From the NCBI GenBank assembly GCA_030586555.1, contig JAURAC010000004.1, positions 69,056 to 133,055 on the forward strand: a stretch of DNA of 64,000 nt. Direction: 5' to 3'. Positions 30,109-42,096 of this stretch are shown piece by piece. Positions within the stretch are counted from its first letter, which is position 1. The number at the start of each line of letters is the position of its first letter. This stretch comes from Candidatus Subterrananammoxibius californiae. GTDB lineage: Bacteria; Planctomycetota; Brocadiia; Brocadiales; Subterrananammoxibiaceae. The position numbers and the translations under genes are program-made. The notes under the pieces are model-generated. The model saw only the letters and a list, made by a program, of their open reading frames with translations, ran no database searches and had not been told where the DNA came from.

Positions 30109-30477
30109 TTAAAATACCAAATTATTTTTTCTTGCACTCTCAGCCAATGCCTTAATCCTGCCGTGGAATTTATAGCCACCCCTGTCAAAGACCACCTTTT
30201 GAATCCCTATCTTTCTTGCCTCCTCGGCTATCTTTTGGCCAACTAATTCTGCGGATGCCCTATTGCCTCCGTAACGAACTTTTTCCCTGATGTCTTTTTG
30301 TAAAGTTGATGAAGAAGCAAGCGTCTTGCCTGCCATATCGTCTATCAATTGGCAATAAACGTTCTTTAAGCTTTTATATACACTCAGGCGTGGCCTTTCA
30401 GCAGTTCCAATAATCCTTTGACGAACCCTTTTGTGCCGCCGCTCCCTTTTACGCCATTTTTCTCTGTTAAGATTCAT
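30109..30477 (-). CDS. rplR: 50S ribosomal protein L18
   Basis: RPRLSVYKS, VFDRGGYKFHGR. Confidence 0.97.
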   Translation of the reverse strand: MNLNREKWRKRERRHKRVRQRIIGTAERPRLSVYKSLKNVYCQLIDDMAGKTLASSSTLQKDIREKVRYGGNRASAELVGQKIAEEARKIGIQKVVFDRGGYKFHGRIKALAESARKNNLVF

Positions 30478-30522
30478 AAATTAAGCCTTCCCCGAAAACG
30501 ACCTATCCTGTAAGTCTAATGT

Positions 30523-31083
30523 TTATTGTGCCGCAGCAAATGCCTTTCCAGCCTTTCTCCGTATAACCTCTCCCGCGTATTTGATTCCCTTACCTTTGTA
30601 AGGTTCTGCGGGCCGGATGTCCCTGATAAAGGCTGCAAATTGTCCTACGAGTTGTTTACCTGCGCCTCTTATAGTTAATTTGCCGGGGTTTGTTTTACTC
30701 ACCTCTTCGACTTCAAGCCCATCTGGAATCTTCAAATTTACAGGATGAGAAAATCCAAGCTGTAATACTACCTCTCTGCCTTGAACCTTCACACTGTAAC
30801 CAACCCCATTAATTTCCAGTGTTTTAGAGAACCCGTTGGTTACGCCACTAATTAAGTTTGCAATGAGTGAACGGGTCAAGCCTTGAAGTGCCTTTTGTTG
30901 CTTATCATCCGAAGGGCGTTTGACGTGTATGAGTCTACTTTTTTCGTCGTATTCTACCGTCATTTTTTGGTGAAACTCCTGGGTTAACTTGCCTTTAGGC
31001 CCCTCGGCGGAAAGACGACGGTCATTAATATTTACTTTAACATTATCGGGTACAGGTATCGGCTTCTTCCCTATTCTTGACAT
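30523..31083 (-). CDS. rplF: 50S ribosomal protein L6
   Basis: MSRIGKKPI, LGFSHP, EPYKGKGI. Confidence 0.98.
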   Translation of the reverse strand: MSRIGKKPIPVPDNVKVNINDRRLSAEGPKGKLTQEFHQKMTVEYDEKSRLIHVKRPSDDKQQKALQGLTRSLIANLISGVTNGFSKTLEINGVGYSVKVQGREVVLQLGFSHPVNLKIPDGLEVEEVSKTNPGKLTIRGAGKQLVGQFAAFIRDIRPAEPYKGKGIKYAGEVIRRKAGKAFAAAQ

Positions 31084-31117
31084 ATCTTTCCCTATTTCTA
31101 TTAAAATTGCCCCACCA

Positions 31118-31145
31118 GTAGAGGCGCATAGCTATGCGTCTCTAC
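31118..31145. repeat. GTAG-type REP palindrome (GTAGAGGCGCATAGCTATGCGTCTCTAC)
   Basis: Near-perfect 28-bp hairpin with GTAG/CTAC ends between rpsH and rplF. Confidence 0.85.
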
Positions 31146-31149
31146 CGAG

Positions 31150-31548
31150 TTACCAAACTGTACAAATTAATTCCCCACCCACATGAAGTTTATGGGCTTC
31201 TTTATTACTTATAATCCCTTTTGGAGTAGAATATATTGCTATACCTATTCCACTTAATACGTTTTTAATTTCTCCAGCCTTTTTGTACAATCTTCTGCCT
31301 GATTTACTATCCCTTCTAATTTGAGTGATAACCCTTTGCTTCATTGGGCCATATTTGAGATAGACACGCAGGGTGCCTTGCCTTTCATCAGGAATTTCTT
31401 TAAATTCCTTTATAAATCCTTCATTCTTTAGAACCCTTGCTATTGCCACTTTAAAACGAGAAAGAGGTATATCTACGCTTTCTTGCCCGGTCATATTGGC
31501 ATTTCTAATGCGGGTCAGCATATCAGCAACAGTATCAGTCATACACAT
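31150..31548 (-). CDS. rpsH: 30S ribosomal protein S8
   Basis: ADMLTRIRNA, STPKG, GGELIC. Confidence 0.98.
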   Translation of the reverse strand: MCMTDTVADMLTRIRNANMTGQESVDIPLSRFKVAIARVLKNEGFIKEFKEIPDERQGTLRVYLKYGPMKQRVITQIRRDSKSGRRLYKKAGEIKNVLSGIGIAIYSTPKGIISNKEAHKLHVGGELICTVW

Positions 31549-31588
31549 TTCTTGAATTTACTCCCCAAATTTATGTTATGATTTTTAA

Positions 31589-31774
31589 CTACCAGCTTGC
31601 CTTCCTAACACCGGGGATTTCCCCCCTTAAGGCTAATGTCCTGAAACATATCCTGCAAACATGGAACTTTCTGTAGTATGCCCTCGAGCGTCCACAGAGT
31701 TCACATCTGTTGTATTTTCTTGTTTTGTATTTTGGCGTCTTCTTACACTTCTCTCTAAGTGCCTTACGCGCCAT
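31589..31774 (-). CDS. rpsN: 30S ribosomal protein S14 (Zn-binding type Z)
   Basis: RCELCGR..CRICFR, 61 aa. Confidence 0.96.
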   Translation of the reverse strand: MARKALREKCKKTPKYKTRKYNRCELCGRSRAYYRKFHVCRICFRTLALRGEIPGVRKASW

Positions 31775-31791
31775 ATTAAGCCTTCTCCCTT

Positions 31792-32331
31792 TTAAGGTCT
31801 AAATGGTGTTCCAAAAAGCTTGAGTAACTCAAATGAGTGCTCATCCTTATTCCCTGTTATCACAAATGTTATATCCATACCCTGAACAAACTCAACATCA
31901 TCAATGTTTATCTCAGGAAAAACCAGTTGCTCACTAATCCCGAGAGTATAATTACCACGGCCATCGAAGGCTTTGGGGGATAGTCCTCGAAAGTCTTTTA
32001 TCCTGGGTAGCACAATACTAATTAGCCTATCAAAGAATTCGTACATCATCCTGCCACGCAACGTTACCTTGCAACCTATTGGGTTGCCTTTCCTCAGTTT
32101 GAACCCTGCAATAGATGTCCGTGCCTTCGTAACAAGAGGCTTCTGCCCTGTTATGAGGGACAGATGTTTAACGGCATCTTCGATTGCTTTTTTGTTTTCC
32201 AGTGCCTTCCCCACGCCCATGTTAACCACAATTTTAGATAATCTTGGTACCGCAAGTTTGTTCTTATAACCAAACTTCGTCATCAATTCTGGAACAACTT
32301 TTTGTTGATACAAATCAAGTAATCGTGCCAT
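31792..32331 (-). CDS. rplE: 50S ribosomal protein L5
   Basis: [23 protein letters not shown]. Confidence 0.98.
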   Translation of the reverse strand: MARLLDLYQQKVVPELMTKFGYKNKLAVPRLSKIVVNMGVGKALENKKAIEDAVKHLSLITGQKPLVTKARTSIAGFKLRKGNPIGCKVTLRGRMMYEFFDRLISIVLPRIKDFRGLSPKAFDGRGNYTLGISEQLVFPEINIDDVEFVQGMDITFVITGNKDEHSFELLKLFGTPFRP

Positions 32332-32372
32332 CTTTCCTGCTCTTTATAGTATTCTATTTAAACTGCCGCATA

Positions 32373-32708
32373 TTAAACTGTAACAATTATTTCATGACCG
32401 CATTTCACACATGCCCTTACTCTATTCCCGTTATCGAGCAATTTCATACGTGTCCTAACACCCCTATTGTATTTCGTACAGCTTTTGTTAGGGCATACCA
32501 CAAGAACATTTGAGACCACCATTGGCGCTTCCTTCTGGACACGTCCACCTTGTGGATTCTTCTGGCTCGGCTTTACATGTTTAAGGATATAATTTATACC
32601 CTCAACGACAGCCTTTTGCTTCTTTGGTATGACCTTCAGAATCTTACCTGTCTTTCCGGCATCGTCTCCGCTCATAACCTCAACTATGTCATTTATACGA
32701 ACATGCAT
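32373..32708 (-). CDS. rplX: 50S ribosomal protein L24
   Basis: DIVEVMSGDDAGKTGK, VEGIN, EAPMVVSNV; start MHVR at 32708 (32723 possible). Confidence 0.95.
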   Translation of the reverse strand: MHVRINDIVEVMSGDDAGKTGKILKVIPKKQKAVVEGINYILKHVKPSQKNPQGGRVQKEAPMVVSNVLVVCPNKSCTKYNRGVRTRMKLLDNGNRVRACVKCGHEIIVTV

Positions 32709-32737
32709 TTGTTTCTTCTCCATCCGCCTGAGGCGGA

Positions 32738-33106
32738 TTAAACAACCTCGGGAGCCAAAGAAACTATCCTCATGAAATTCTTTTGTCTGAGTTCTCGCGC
32801 CACCGCACCAAAGATTCTTGTTCCCCTTGGATTGCCGTCATTATCTATTAGCACAACTGCATTTTTGTCGAATCTTAGATAAGACCCGTCTTCCCTTCGA
32901 ATGTTGTTCTTTGTTCTAACCACTACACCTTTTAAAACCTCTCCCTTCTTTACGTCTCCACCTGGAATTGCCTTTTTTACCGTAACAACTATAATATCGC
33001 CTACGGCGGCATATTTTCTACTTGTGCCGCCAAGTACCTTTATACACATTACCCTTTTAGCGCCAGTATTGTCTGCAACATCTAACTTTGTATATTCCAT
33101 TATCAT
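32738..33106 (-). CDS. rplN: 50S ribosomal protein L14
   Basis: [27 protein letters not shown]; start at 33106 gives 122 aa. Confidence 0.98.
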   Translation of the reverse strand: MIMEYTKLDVADNTGAKRVMCIKVLGGTSRKYAAVGDIIVVTVKKAIPGGDVKKGEVLKGVVVRTKNNIRREDGSYLRFDKNAVVLIDNDGNPRGTRIFGAVARELRQKNFMRIVSLAPEVV

Positions 33107-33161
33107 TTCCAGCAACTCCCAACCGTCAAGATAGTCAAAAGCTCTTTCCAATTGAAATAAC

Positions 33162-33416
33162 CTATTCTAAAATGCGCACCAGGCGCCAGCGTTTTGATTT
33201 ACTTAAAGGTCTTACCTCCACAATTTCCACCTTATCTCCAACCTTGGCTTTTTTCTCCTCGTCATGTGCCTTATAGACAGTAGACCTTCTAATAAATTTA
33301 CCGTACTTAGGGTGTTTGATGTGTTTTTCCACCTCTACAACGACGGTTTTGTTCATCTTATCGCTTGTGACGACGCCAACTATAGTTTTCCTACGACCTC
33401 TAAGTTTTTCTTGCAT
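33162..33416 (-). CDS. rpsQ: 30S ribosomal protein S17
   Basis: [26 protein letters not shown]. Confidence 0.98.
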   Translation of the reverse strand: MQEKLRGRRKTIVGVVTSDKMNKTVVVEVEKHIKHPKYGKFIRRSTVYKAHDEEKKAKVGDKVEIVEVRPLSKSKRWRLVRILE

Positions 33417-33646
33417 TATTTTGAACTATTCTCCTTCATATAGAGATGTTTATTGATTCCCAACTCCATTTCTTGCAAAATAGTGTTCAACCTTGCAATG
33501 TCTTTCCTTGTTTTGCTGTATTGTGACGAATTGCGTAGCTCACCACTCTGCCACTGAAATCTCAAATTAAAAAGCTCTCGCTTACACCCTTCGATTTCGT
33601 CCAGAATTTCTTTACGCGATTTACTCCTAAGCTCAGTGATTTTCAT
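33416..33646 (-). CDS. rpmC: 50S ribosomal protein L29
   Basis: ELFNLRFQ, RKDIARLNT; operon position. Confidence 0.95.
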   Translation of the reverse strand: MKITELRSKSRKEILDEIEGCKRELFNLRFQWQSGELRNSSQYSKTRKDIARLNTILQEMELGINKHLYMKENSSK

Positions 33647-34062
33647 ATAGTCGCCCTCCTGTAGACGAACCTTGTCTTTATCGGCATCTTATATGCAATC
33701 CTGTTGAAGGCTTGTTTTGCTAAATCCTCATGGACACCACCAATCTCGTAAAGAATCGTACCGGGTTTAACTACCGCAGCCCAGTAATCTGGCTCTCCTT
33801 TGCCCTTACCCATGCGCGTTTCAATAGGTTTGGCGCTTATTGCTTTATGTGGAAACACCCTGATAACAAGTTTTCCTTCGCCAGAAAGAAAATGGCTTGC
33901 CGAGACTCTGCCTGCCTCTATCTGCTGGGCGCTTATCCATCCCGGTTCTAAGGCTTGTAGTCCATATTCGCCAAATACAACGGTGTTGCCACCGGTAGCA
34001 TTGCCCTTTATTCTTCCTCTTTGTGACTTCCTATATTTAACCCTCTTCGGCATTAAGCGCAT
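33643..34062 (-). CDS. rplP: 50S ribosomal protein L16
   Basis: [15 protein letters not shown]. Confidence 0.98.
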   Translation of the reverse strand: MRLMPKRVKYRKSQRGRIKGNATGGNTVVFGEYGLQALEPGWISAQQIEAGRVSASHFLSGEGKLVIRVFPHKAISAKPIETRMGKGKGEPDYWAAVVKPGTILYEIGGVHEDLAKQAFNRIAYKMPIKTRFVYRRATI

Positions 34063-34693
34063 CGTTTTTTCCCTTTAATCCTTTATATATCCAGGTCTTT
34101 ACCCCTATTGTGCCGTACGTGGTCATAGCCTCTGCAAATCCATAGTCAATGTCGGCTCTCAGCGTGTGTAGAGGAATCTTACCTTCACTAACGGCTTCTC
34201 TCCTGGCAATCTCAGCACCTGCCAGACGCCCGCCAACCCGTATCTTGATACCCTCGGCTCCGGCGTTCATTGTAGTCTCAACTGCCTTTTTCATCGCCCT
34301 CCTGAAAGGCGTCCTCTTTTCGAGTTGTTCAGCAATATTTTCAGCCACAAGCTGGGCATCGAGCTCCGGTTTGGTAATCTCTTTAATCTTTATTGTTACA
34401 CTCCTACCTATTAGCTTTTCAAGTTCTTCTTTTAGTTTATCAACTTCAGCCCCTTTGCGACCAATAATAAGTCCTGGCCTCGCAGTATGAAGCGTTACTT
34501 TGGCTGTTTCTCGGGTTCTCTCTATCTCTATCTTTGGAATGCCTGCAAAATGATACTCCTTTTTAATTTTTTTGCGAATTTTCTGGTCCTCTACCAGCAA
34601 TTTGCCAAAGGTCTTTTTATCTGCATACCAGCGTGACCTCCAATCCTCGGTTATTCCTAATCTTAAACCAGTAGGGTGAACCTTTTGACCCAT
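34037..34693 (-). CDS. rpsC: 30S ribosomal protein S3
   Basis: [24 protein letters not shown]. Confidence 0.98.
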   Translation of the reverse strand: MGQKVHPTGLRLGITEDWRSRWYADKKTFGKLLVEDQKIRKKIKKEYHFAGIPKIEIERTRETAKVTLHTARPGLIIGRKGAEVDKLKEELEKLIGRSVTIKIKEITKPELDAQLVAENIAEQLEKRTPFRRAMKKAVETTMNAGAEGIKIRVGGRLAGAEIARREAVSEGKIPLHTLRADIDYGFAEAMTTYGTIGVKTWIYKGLKGKNDALNAEEG

Positions 34694-34704
34694 AATTTCT
34701 CCTT

Positions 34705-35052
34705 CTACCTGACTGCCTTTTTCTCGTCAGATAAAGTTACAGTAATATGGCTTGTCCTTCTCAAAATACGTGACGACATCCCTCTCGGCCTTGGACGATG
34801 CCATTTGCGTACAGGACCACCATCCACCCTCGCTTCCGAAACGCATAGGGTATCTACATCCCCCTCCATGCTTTCATTTGCGCTTGCCATGGCGGCACGA
34901 AGTACTTTATCTATCATATACGATGCCCTCTTCTTCGTAAATCTAAGTATTTCAAGGGCATCGTTTATTGACTTTCCACGGATAAGGTCTATTACGTATC
35001 TTGCCTTGCGTGGAGAAATCTTTGCAAACTTGTAAGTTGACCTAAACTCCAT
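34705..35052 (-). CDS. rplV: 50S ribosomal protein L22
   Basis: [13 protein letters not shown]. Confidence 0.97.
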   Translation of the reverse strand: MEFRSTYKFAKISPRKARYVIDLIRGKSINDALEILRFTKKRASYMIDKVLRAAMASANESMEGDVDTLCVSEARVDGGPVRKWHRPRPRGMSSRILRRTSHITVTLSDEKKAVR

Positions 35053-35121
35053 CTGCTTATCTATCCCTTCTTTGGACAGGTCTAAAAACCTGCGCTATAA
35101 TGGCGGCTATGTAAAGGGTTT

Positions 35122-35409
35122 TTAACCAGAAATTTTTGTCTCTTTCTTTTTGACCCCACCATGACCTCTAAATGTCCTTGTGAGGGCAAATTCTCCTAAT
35201 TTGTGTCCTACCATGTCCTCTGTAACAAAAAGCTTATGAAATACCTTACCATTGTGAATTAAGAATGTGTATGAGACAAATTCAGGAATTATTGTGCTGC
35301 TACGAGACCAGGTACGTATTGGGTCCTTGATTCCTGTATCCTTCTGCTTAAGAACTTTTTTCATTAATTTAGGGTCCACCCAAGCCGCCTTCTTTACTGA
35401 ACGTCCCAT
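35122..35409 (-). CDS. rpsS: 30S ribosomal protein S19
   Basis: [18 protein letters not shown]. Confidence 0.98.
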   Translation of the reverse strand: MGRSVKKAAWVDPKLMKKVLKQKDTGIKDPIRTWSRSSTIIPEFVSYTFLIHNGKVFHKLFVTEDMVGHKLGEFALTRTFRGHGGVKKKETKISG

Positions 35410-35446
35410 AATTGCTCCTGTTAAGTTAATTTATTCTTTGGCTTTG

Positions 35447-36274
35447 CTACTTTTGCCTTTTGCGAATAATATACTTAGTGGTGATAGACCTTCTCTTTCT
35501 GGTCTTTCCTCCCTTTGACAGTAAGCCTGTTCGAGAGCAAGGATGACGTCCCCCATGTGCCCTTCCCTCACCACCGCCCATTGGGTGAGCAATAGGGTTC
35601 ATTGCATTGCCTCTTACACGTGGTCTTATACCCATCCAGCGACTCCTGCCAGCCTTGCCTATGGTAATATTGTTATGGTCAAGATTCCCAACCTGACCAA
35701 TAGTTGCCCTGCACTCCCAAAACACCTTGCGTATCTCCCCTGATGGAAGCACTATGTTGGCGTAATTCCCCTCTTTCGCAAGAAGTTTCGCTACGCCTCC
35801 GGCTGACCTGACAAGCTGCCCGCCGCGTCCCACGCTCAATTCGATACTATGGACATCCATGCCCATCGGTATATTCTTTAAAGGCATACAATTGCCTACA
35901 GCAGGTTCAACCTTCTCCCCTGACATAACAATTTGCCCCACCTTGAGTCCGTTAGGGGCGAGTATGTACCTCTTTTCGCCATCTTTGTAATGAAGTAGCG
36001 CAATCCTCGCTGAGCGATTAGGGTCATATTCAACGGCGGCAACCTTTGCAGGAATATTATCCTTATTGCGCTTAAAATCAATAATCCTGTAGTGTCTTCT
36101 ACTCCCTCCACCTATATGCTCAGCAGTAATCTTTCCTTCTGTATTCCTTCCGCCAGTCTTCCGGAGGGGTTCTATTAGTGACTTCTCTGGTTCGGTCTTT
36201 GTAATATCAGAAAAATCAACCTCGCTCCCAAACCGTCTTCCTGGAGATGTTGGCTTATAATAAACAATACCCAT
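35447..36274 (-). CDS. rplB: 50S ribosomal protein L2
   Basis: [25 protein letters not shown]. Confidence 0.98.
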   Translation of the reverse strand: MGIVYYKPTSPGRRFGSEVDFSDITKTEPEKSLIEPLRKTGGRNTEGKITAEHIGGGSRRHYRIIDFKRNKDNIPAKVAAVEYDPNRSARIALLHYKDGEKRYILAPNGLKVGQIVMSGEKVEPAVGNCMPLKNIPMGMDVHSIELSVGRGGQLVRSAGGVAKLLAKEGNYANIVLPSGEIRKVFWECRATIGQVGNLDHNNITIGKAGRSRWMGIRPRVRGNAMNPIAHPMGGGEGRAHGGRHPCSRTGLLSKGGKTRKRRSITTKYIIRKRQK

Positions 36275-36294
36275 TGTTTTCTTCTTTCCATTAG

Positions 36295-36324
36295 GGTGGC
36301 ATGGATAAACTTGTTTATCCGTGC
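36295..36324 (-). repeat. Family A 30-bp palindromic repeat
   Basis: GGTGGCATGGATAAACTTGTTTATCCGTGC, with a compensated base-pair change in the stem. Confidence 0.9.
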
Positions 36325-36335
36325 CGCCTATGTTG

Positions 36336-36617
36336 TTAATAACCGATGTCTATTGTGTTTCCTTCTTGAAGGGTTACTATAGACTTTTTCCAATCCGGGG
36401 TTGTTCCAATCTTGTACCTTGACCGGCGTTTTTTCCCATTCACTATCATTGTCCTGACATTGAGTACCTTCACATTAAAGAGTTTTTCAATAGCATTCTT
36501 TATCTCTATCTTATTTGCCCGCGTGTCCACTTCAAAATGATAGGCATTTCTACGGTCTCTATCTTCCACGGCTTTTTCAGAATGTAAAGGCCTCTTTATT
36601 ACTTGATATGAATCCAT
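36336..36617 (-). CDS. rplW: 50S ribosomal protein L23
   Basis: [17 protein letters not shown]. Confidence 0.96.
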   Translation of the reverse strand: MDSYQVIKRPLHSEKAVEDRDRRNAYHFEVDTRANKIEIKNAIEKLFNVKVLNVRTMIVNGKKRRSRYKIGTTPDWKKSIVTLQEGNTIDIGY

Positions 36618-36637
36618 TTTCTCTGATTTGCTCCTTA

Positions 36638-37249
36638 TTAAAGGATACTCAAGACATCCTTTGTCATTAATAATTTATCCCTCTTAAGAACATCGTAAGC
36701 GTTTAACTCTGAAGCGGTCATCACCTTGACCAATGGAATATTCCTTGCCGACTTCCAGACGGTCTCTCTCCTCTCTGGAATTACAATTAAACAACTACCA
36801 TTGACATTTAACGCACTAAGCAACCGCACCATTTTTTTTGTACTTGGGGAATCGAAGTCTAACCTGTCAACCACAACTACCTCGTTATCCACAAATCTTG
36901 AAAGAAGGGCAGACCTTAAAGCAACCTTCTTTGCCTTTTTTGGAATAGAGTAGGAATAATCCCTTGGTTTGGGACCGAATACTATCCCGCCGCCCCTCCA
37001 CAAGGGTGAGCGTATGCTTCCAGCCCTTGCCCTTCCCGTATGCTTCTGTATCCAGGGTTTCCTCCCACCGCCTGCAACTTCGCTCTTGGTTTTCGTAGAA
37101 GCAGTGCCTACCCTCTGATTCGCCTCATACATAATTACTGCTTCACGCAAGAGGGTTTTGTGGATTCTACTACCAAGTCTTTCCTCGTCTAAGGAGACTT
37201 TTTCAATTTCATTACCTTCGTTATTGTATACCGGGAGTTCGATTATCAC
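36638..37249 (-). CDS. rplD: 50S ribosomal protein L4
   Basis: KPWIQKHTGRARAGS, FGPKPR. Confidence 0.98.
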   Translation of the reverse strand: MIIELPVYNNEGNEIEKVSLDEERLGSRIHKTLLREAVIMYEANQRVGTASTKTKSEVAGGGRKPWIQKHTGRARAGSIRSPLWRGGGIVFGPKPRDYSYSIPKKAKKVALRSALLSRFVDNEVVVVDRLDFDSPSTKKMVRLLSALNVNGSCLIVIPERRETVWKSARNIPLVKVMTASELNAYDVLKRDKLLMTKDVLSIL

Positions 37250-37887
37250 TTTTCACCTTTTAAACTTTTGCTCTTTCGTACATAAAGATATGCCCCATTA
37301 TAGCCCGGCACGGAACCTTTAACAAAAAGCAGATTCCTGGCGCTGTCAATCTTGACAACTCTAATGTTTCGCAAGGTGCACCTTTTCCCTCCCAAACGAC
37401 CCGCCATCCTCATGCCCTTAATTACTCTGCCGGGGTCAGTATTTGAACCGATAGAACCAGGGCATCTGTGTCTTGTAGAACCATGTGTTGCACGTCCACC
37501 TTTGAAACCCCATCTTTTCATAACCCCGGCGAAGCCTTTTCCTTTGTTAACCCCTATAATATCTACCAGGCTTATACCATTAAACACGTCTACAGTCAGT
37601 TTTTGGCCAGGCTTATACTGTGAATCATTTTCGCACGGGAGTTCACGAATAAACCTTTTTGGTCCTATACCAGCTTTTGCCGCATGGCTAATTTCTGGTT
37701 TGGTTGCTCGCTTCTTTTTCTTATCTTCGAAGCCAACCTGAAGTGCAGAATATCCGTCTTTCTTAACGGTTTTTATTTGCATAATGTCACAAGGGCCTGC
37801 CTGTATTATTGTAACAGGGACTAACTCACCCTCGGGTGTAAACATCTGCGACATTCCAAGTTTCTTTCCAAGTAAACTCGTTATCAT
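37246..37887 (-). CDS. rplC: 50S ribosomal protein L3
   Basis: LGKKLGMSQ, KGKGFAGVMKRW, VKGSVPG. Confidence 0.98.
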   Translation of the reverse strand: MITSLLGKKLGMSQMFTPEGELVPVTIIQAGPCDIMQIKTVKKDGYSALQVGFEDKKKKRATKPEISHAAKAGIGPKRFIRELPCENDSQYKPGQKLTVDVFNGISLVDIIGVNKGKGFAGVMKRWGFKGGRATHGSTRHRCPGSIGSNTDPGRVIKGMRMAGRLGGKRCTLRNIRVVKIDSARNLLFVKGSVPGYNGAYLYVRKSKSLKGEK

Positions 37888-37920
37888 CTTAAATACCTCC
37901 CCCTTCTTAAAGAAGGGGTT

Positions 37921-38229
37921 TTATGCCCTAATCCTTATCTCGACACCTGCTGGCATATTTAGCTTATTTAACGCATCGACTGTCTTTGCGGTAGGCTCGC
38001 TTATTTCAATCAAACGCTTGTGCGTCCTTATTTCAAACTGCTCTCTGGACTTCTTATCCACGTGAGGAGAGCGAAGTACCGTGTATCTCTCAATACGTGT
38101 TGGTAATGGAATGGGTCCAGAAACCTTTGCGCCTGTACGTTTAGCAGTCTCAACAATCTCTGCTGCCGATTGGTCCAGTGTCCTATGGTCGTAAGCCTCC
38201 ATCCGAATGCGTATCTTTTGGTCCGTCAA
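37921..38229 (-). CDS. rpsJ: 30S ribosomal protein S10
   Basis: [20 protein letters not shown]. Confidence 0.98.
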   Translation of the reverse strand: MTDQKIRIRMEAYDHRTLDQSAAEIVETAKRTGAKVSGPIPLPTRIERYTVLRSPHVDKKSREQFEIRTHKRLIEISEPTAKTVDALNKLNMPAGVEIRIRA

Positions 38230-38259
38230 TGTTCTACTCCCAGAGAAATTTATTTTGTG

Positions 38260-39462
38260 CTATTGTATAATCTTGCTTACCACGCCTGCGCCGACCGTCT
38301 TTCCACCCTCCCTGATTGCAAACCTCAGGTTCTCCTCCATCGCTATCGGCGTTATTAACTCCACCCCTGCATTTACATTATCTCCAGGCATCACCATCTC
38401 CGCACCTCCAAGTAAACTCACCACCCCTGTAACGTCCGTCGTGCGAAAATAGAACTGTGGCCTGTAGCCCATAAAGAATGGCGTATGCCTCCCGCCTTCT
38501 TCCTTCGTTAATATATATGCCTGCGCCTCAAACTTCGTGTGTGGCGTTATACTACCTGGCTTCGCTAATACCTGTCCCCTCTCAAGGTCCTCCTTCTCTA
38601 CGCCTCTTAACAACACCCCTACGTTATCTCCCGCCATCCCTTGCTCAAGGGTCTTATTGAACATCTCTACTCCCGTCACTACCGTCTTCTTTATCTCCGT
38701 CTTCATCCCCACTACTTCTACTTCATCTCCTACCTTCACCACTCCTCGCTCTATCCTACCAGTGCCTACCGTGCCCCTGCCCTTTATGCTGAAGACGTCT
38801 TCTATCGACATGAGAAACGGCTTGTCCGTCTCTCTCTTAGGTTCGGGTACGTAGCTATCCACTGCGTCAAGGAGCTGTGAGATAGGCCCGCACTTCTTGC
38901 ACTCCTTGCCGGCGCATCCACACTGAGACGCTTCAAGCGCCGAGCCTCTTATTACAGGTATCTTGTCCCCTGGAAACTCATACTTGTTCAGTAACTCCCT
39001 TACCTCAAGCTCCACAAGGTCAAGCAGCTCAGGGTCGTCAAGGGCATCCACCTTGTTCATAAATACCACTATCGCCGGCACTCCCACCTGTCGGGCAAGT
39101 AATATGTGTTCCCTCGTCTGCGGCATTGGACCATCTGGGGCGCTTACCACAAGTATCGCTCCGTCCATCTGCGCCGCTCCCGTTATCATGTTCTTTATAT
39201 AGTCCGCATGTCCAGGGCAATCAACGTGCGCATAGTGTCTCTTCTCCGTTTCATACTCTACGTGCGATATCGCTATCGTTATTCCCCTTTCCTTCTCCTC
39301 GGGGGCGTTGTCTATAGTATCAAATGGTCTTTCTTTTGCCAGTCCTTGTTTTGCCAGTATGTGCGTTATTACCGATGTTAACGTCGTTTTGCCATGGTCA
39401 ACGTGTCCTATCGTTCCAACGTTTAGATGCGGCTTTGTCCGCTTAAATACTTCCTTGCCCAC
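38260..39462 (-). CDS. tuf: Elongation factor Tu (str-operon copy)
   Basis: [24 protein letters not shown] start. Confidence 0.99.
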   Translation of the reverse strand: MGKEVFKRTKPHLNVGTIGHVDHGKTTLTSVITHILAKQGLAKERPFDTIDNAPEEKERGITIAISHVEYETEKRHYAHVDCPGHADYIKNMITGAAQMDGAILVVSAPDGPMPQTREHILLARQVGVPAIVVFMNKVDALDDPELLDLVELEVRELLNKYEFPGDKIPVIRGSALEASQCGCAGKECKKCGPISQLLDAVDSYVPEPKRETDKPFLMSIEDVFSIKGRGTVGTGRIERGVVKVGDEVEVVGMKTEIKKTVVTGVEMFNKTLEQGMAGDNVGVLLRGVEKEDLERGQVLAKPGSITPHTKFEAQAYILTKEEGGRHTPFFMGYRPQFYFRTTDVTGVVSLLGGAEMVMPGDNVNAGVELITPIAMEENLRFAIREGGKTVGAGVVSKIIQ

Positions 39463-39511
39463 GGTCTATTACCCTCCATAATTTATTCTTTAAAAGACTT
39501 TTTCTTCTACG

Positions 39512-41593
39512 TTATGCTACCCTGCTATAAACCTCAGCCGGTGCAGGTCTATATTCAAATGGTTCCATGGAGTAACTTCCTCTGCCCTGTGTTAAAGACC
39601 GAAGCACAGTAGCATATCCAAACATTTCGGCAAGCGGCACAAGCCCCCTAATTAATCTAACACCGCTACGGAAATCAAGCTCAGTAATGGTAGCCCTGCG
39701 GCCGTTAAGATTACCAATAACGTCTCCCATATACATCTCTGGGACAGCCACCTCAAGCTTCATTATGGGTTCGAGTAAAACTGAACCGGCCTCTTCTACA
39801 CCACTTCTGAGAGCACGGGATGCTGCAGTATAAAAGGCTAAATCAGATGAATCAACTGGGTGGAACGAACCGTGTATTAGCGTTGCCTTAATATTTATAA
39901 TTGGGTAACCACCCGAGACGCCTGTCCTTGCAGTTTCCATGATTCCATGTTCAACAGATCTTATGTATTGCTTTGGTATTGCCCCTCCAGTAATCTTATC
40001 TTCAAAAACGACTGGCTGGGAATCCTTAAATGGTTCGAGTAAAAGTACGACGTGGCCATATTGTCCGTGTCCACCTGTTTGTTGTATAAATTTCTCTTCT
40101 ATTTCAACCTTTCTCGCAATAGTCTCCCTATAAGCTACCCTTGGAGCACCTACGTTTGCATCCACATTGTATTCACTTAGCATTCTGTTTTTCAGTACCT
40201 CGAGATGCAATTCACCCATACCTGATATTATAAGCTGTCCTGTTTCACTATCTGTATGGGCTCCAAAGGTTGGATCCTCCTTAACAAGTTTTGATAGGGT
40301 AAGGATAAGCTTTTCCTTGTCTGCCTGTGTCTTCGGCTCTATTGCCATTGAGATGACGGTCTCGGGGAACTTCATCTGTTCGAGCACAATGGGCTCATGT
40401 TTGGTACAGAGGGTGTCTCCTGTGATTGTGTTTTTCAGACCAACTACTGCGACAATATCACCGGCTGAAGCCTCCTCCACTTGTTCCCTTTCGTTAGCAT
40501 GCATACGATATATGCGGCTAACCAGCTCAACCTTGTCTTTTCTTGAATTAAAAACCCTTTGTCCCTGTGTAAGCTTTCCTGAGTAAATGCGAATATAATT
40601 AAGGTCGCCATGCTTATCAGAGGTTATCTTAAATGCGAGTGCAGAAAGGGGTTCCTCAACCAGAGCCTTTCTTGTAATTTTAACTTCCTTATCCGGGTCA
40701 ACCCCCTCTACGGCAGGAATATCTGCAGGGGAAGGCAGGTAATCGCAAACTGCGTCAAGTAGGGGTTGAATGCCTTTGTTCTTAAACGCCGCGCCGCAAA
40801 GAGCAGGTGTTAATTTTACACTAATTGTACCCTCACGAATTGCCCTTTTAATATCATCCTCAGTAATTTCTTCTTCGTTTATATATTTTTCCATAAGCCA
40901 ATCTATATGGCTTGCCAGGCTTTCTATCATCTTTTCACGCTGGAGCCGTGCTTGAGCAAGATATTTATCGGGAATTTCTATATCAATAAACTTGCTTCCG
41001 AGGCTCTTGTCTTCTTCTTTCTCAGCGTATTCATACGCACGCATCCTTACCAGGTCAATCACACCACAAAAATCCTGTTCTGCACCGAGAGGGAGTTGAA
41101 TAGGGATTGCCTCGAAACAAAGCTTTTCCTTTATTTCTGCAACGACCTTGAGGAAATCAGAACCTACCCTGTCCATCTTATTGACAAAGCAAATGCGGGG
41201 TACTCTATATTTGTCTGCCTGACGCCATACGGTTTCTGATTGTGCCTCTACGCCACCCACGCCGCAGAAGACGCAAATCACCCCGTCCAATACCCTGAGA
41301 GACCTTTCCACCTCTGCTGTAAAATCAACGTGCCCCGGGGTGTCTATAATATTTATCACGCAATCCTGCCAGAAACATCTCGTGGCAGCAGCGGTAATGG
41401 TTATACCACGTTTTTGCTCTTCTTCCATCCAGTCCATCGTTGCGGTACCTTCGTGAACCTCACCCATCTTATACTCTTTTCCAGTATAGTAGAGTATCCG
41501 TTCCGTAGTGGTAGTCTTGCCCGCATCAATGTGGGCTGCTATTCCGATATTGCGCATCTTTTCAATATTTTTTTCAATTGTCTTCGTAATCAA
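39512..41593 (-). CDS. fusA: Elongation factor G
   Basis: [31 protein letters not shown]. Confidence 0.98.
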   Translation of the reverse strand: MITKTIEKNIEKMRNIGIAAHIDAGKTTTTERILYYTGKEYKMGEVHEGTATMDWMEEEQKRGITITAAATRCFWQDCVINIIDTPGHVDFTAEVERSLRVLDGVICVFCGVGGVEAQSETVWRQADKYRVPRICFVNKMDRVGSDFLKVVAEIKEKLCFEAIPIQLPLGAEQDFCGVIDLVRMRAYEYAEKEEDKSLGSKFIDIEIPDKYLAQARLQREKMIESLASHIDWLMEKYINEEEITEDDIKRAIREGTISVKLTPALCGAAFKNKGIQPLLDAVCDYLPSPADIPAVEGVDPDKEVKITRKALVEEPLSALAFKITSDKHGDLNYIRIYSGKLTQGQRVFNSRKDKVELVSRIYRMHANEREQVEEASAGDIVAVVGLKNTITGDTLCTKHEPIVLEQMKFPETVISMAIEPKTQADKEKLILTLSKLVKEDPTFGAHTDSETGQLIISGMGELHLEVLKNRMLSEYNVDANVGAPRVAYRETIARKVEIEEKFIQQTGGHGQYGHVVLLLEPFKDSQPVVFEDKITGGAIPKQYIRSVEHGIMETARTGVSGGYPIINIKATLIHGSFHPVDSSDLAFYTAASRALRSGVEEAGSVLLEPIMKLEVAVPEMYMGDVIGNLNGRRATITELDFRSGVRLIRGLVPLAEMFGYATVLRSLTQGRGSYSMEPFEYRPAPAEVYSRVA

Positions 41594-41599
41594 TGTTCA

Positions 41600-42073
41600 T
41601 CACCATGTAAAATGTGCAAATGCCTTGTTTGCTTCAGCCATCTTGTGTGTATTTTCTCGCTTTGTAAAGGCCCCTCCTTGTCTTCTTGAGGCATCTGATA
41701 TTTCTTCTGCCAATCGTTGGAACATGGCACGTCCCTTTTTGTTCTTAGCGCTTTCTATCATCCATCGCATGGCTAAGGATATCTGTCTCTTCTTGGGTAC
41801 CTCTACAGGAACCTGATAAGTAGCGCCTCCAACACGCCTTGACCTGACCTCTACAAGGGGTTTTACGTTGTTTAAAGCTGTTTCGAAAATCTCAAGGGGT
41901 TCTTTCCCTGGATTTTTCTCCGCAACAACGCCCATTGCCTTATAAAAAATCTTTTCAGCAACACTCTTTTTGCCCATGCGCATTATGCCATTTATGAATT
42001 TCGAAACAGCTTTGTTTTTATACTTGACATCAGGCTTAATAAATATTTCTGTACTTCTGAACTCTAATGCCAT
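41600..42073 (-). CDS. rpsG: 30S ribosomal protein S7
   Basis: RRVGGATYQVP, HKMAEANKAFAH. Confidence 0.98.
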   Translation of the reverse strand: MALEFRSTEIFIKPDVKYKNKAVSKFINGIMRMGKKSVAEKIFYKAMGVVAEKNPGKEPLEIFETALNNVKPLVEVRSRRVGGATYQVPVEVPKKRQISLAMRWMIESAKNKKGRAMFQRLAEEISDASRRQGGAFTKRENTHKMAEANKAFAHFTW

Positions 42074-42096
42074 TAATAAAACCTCCTATTCGGCTG

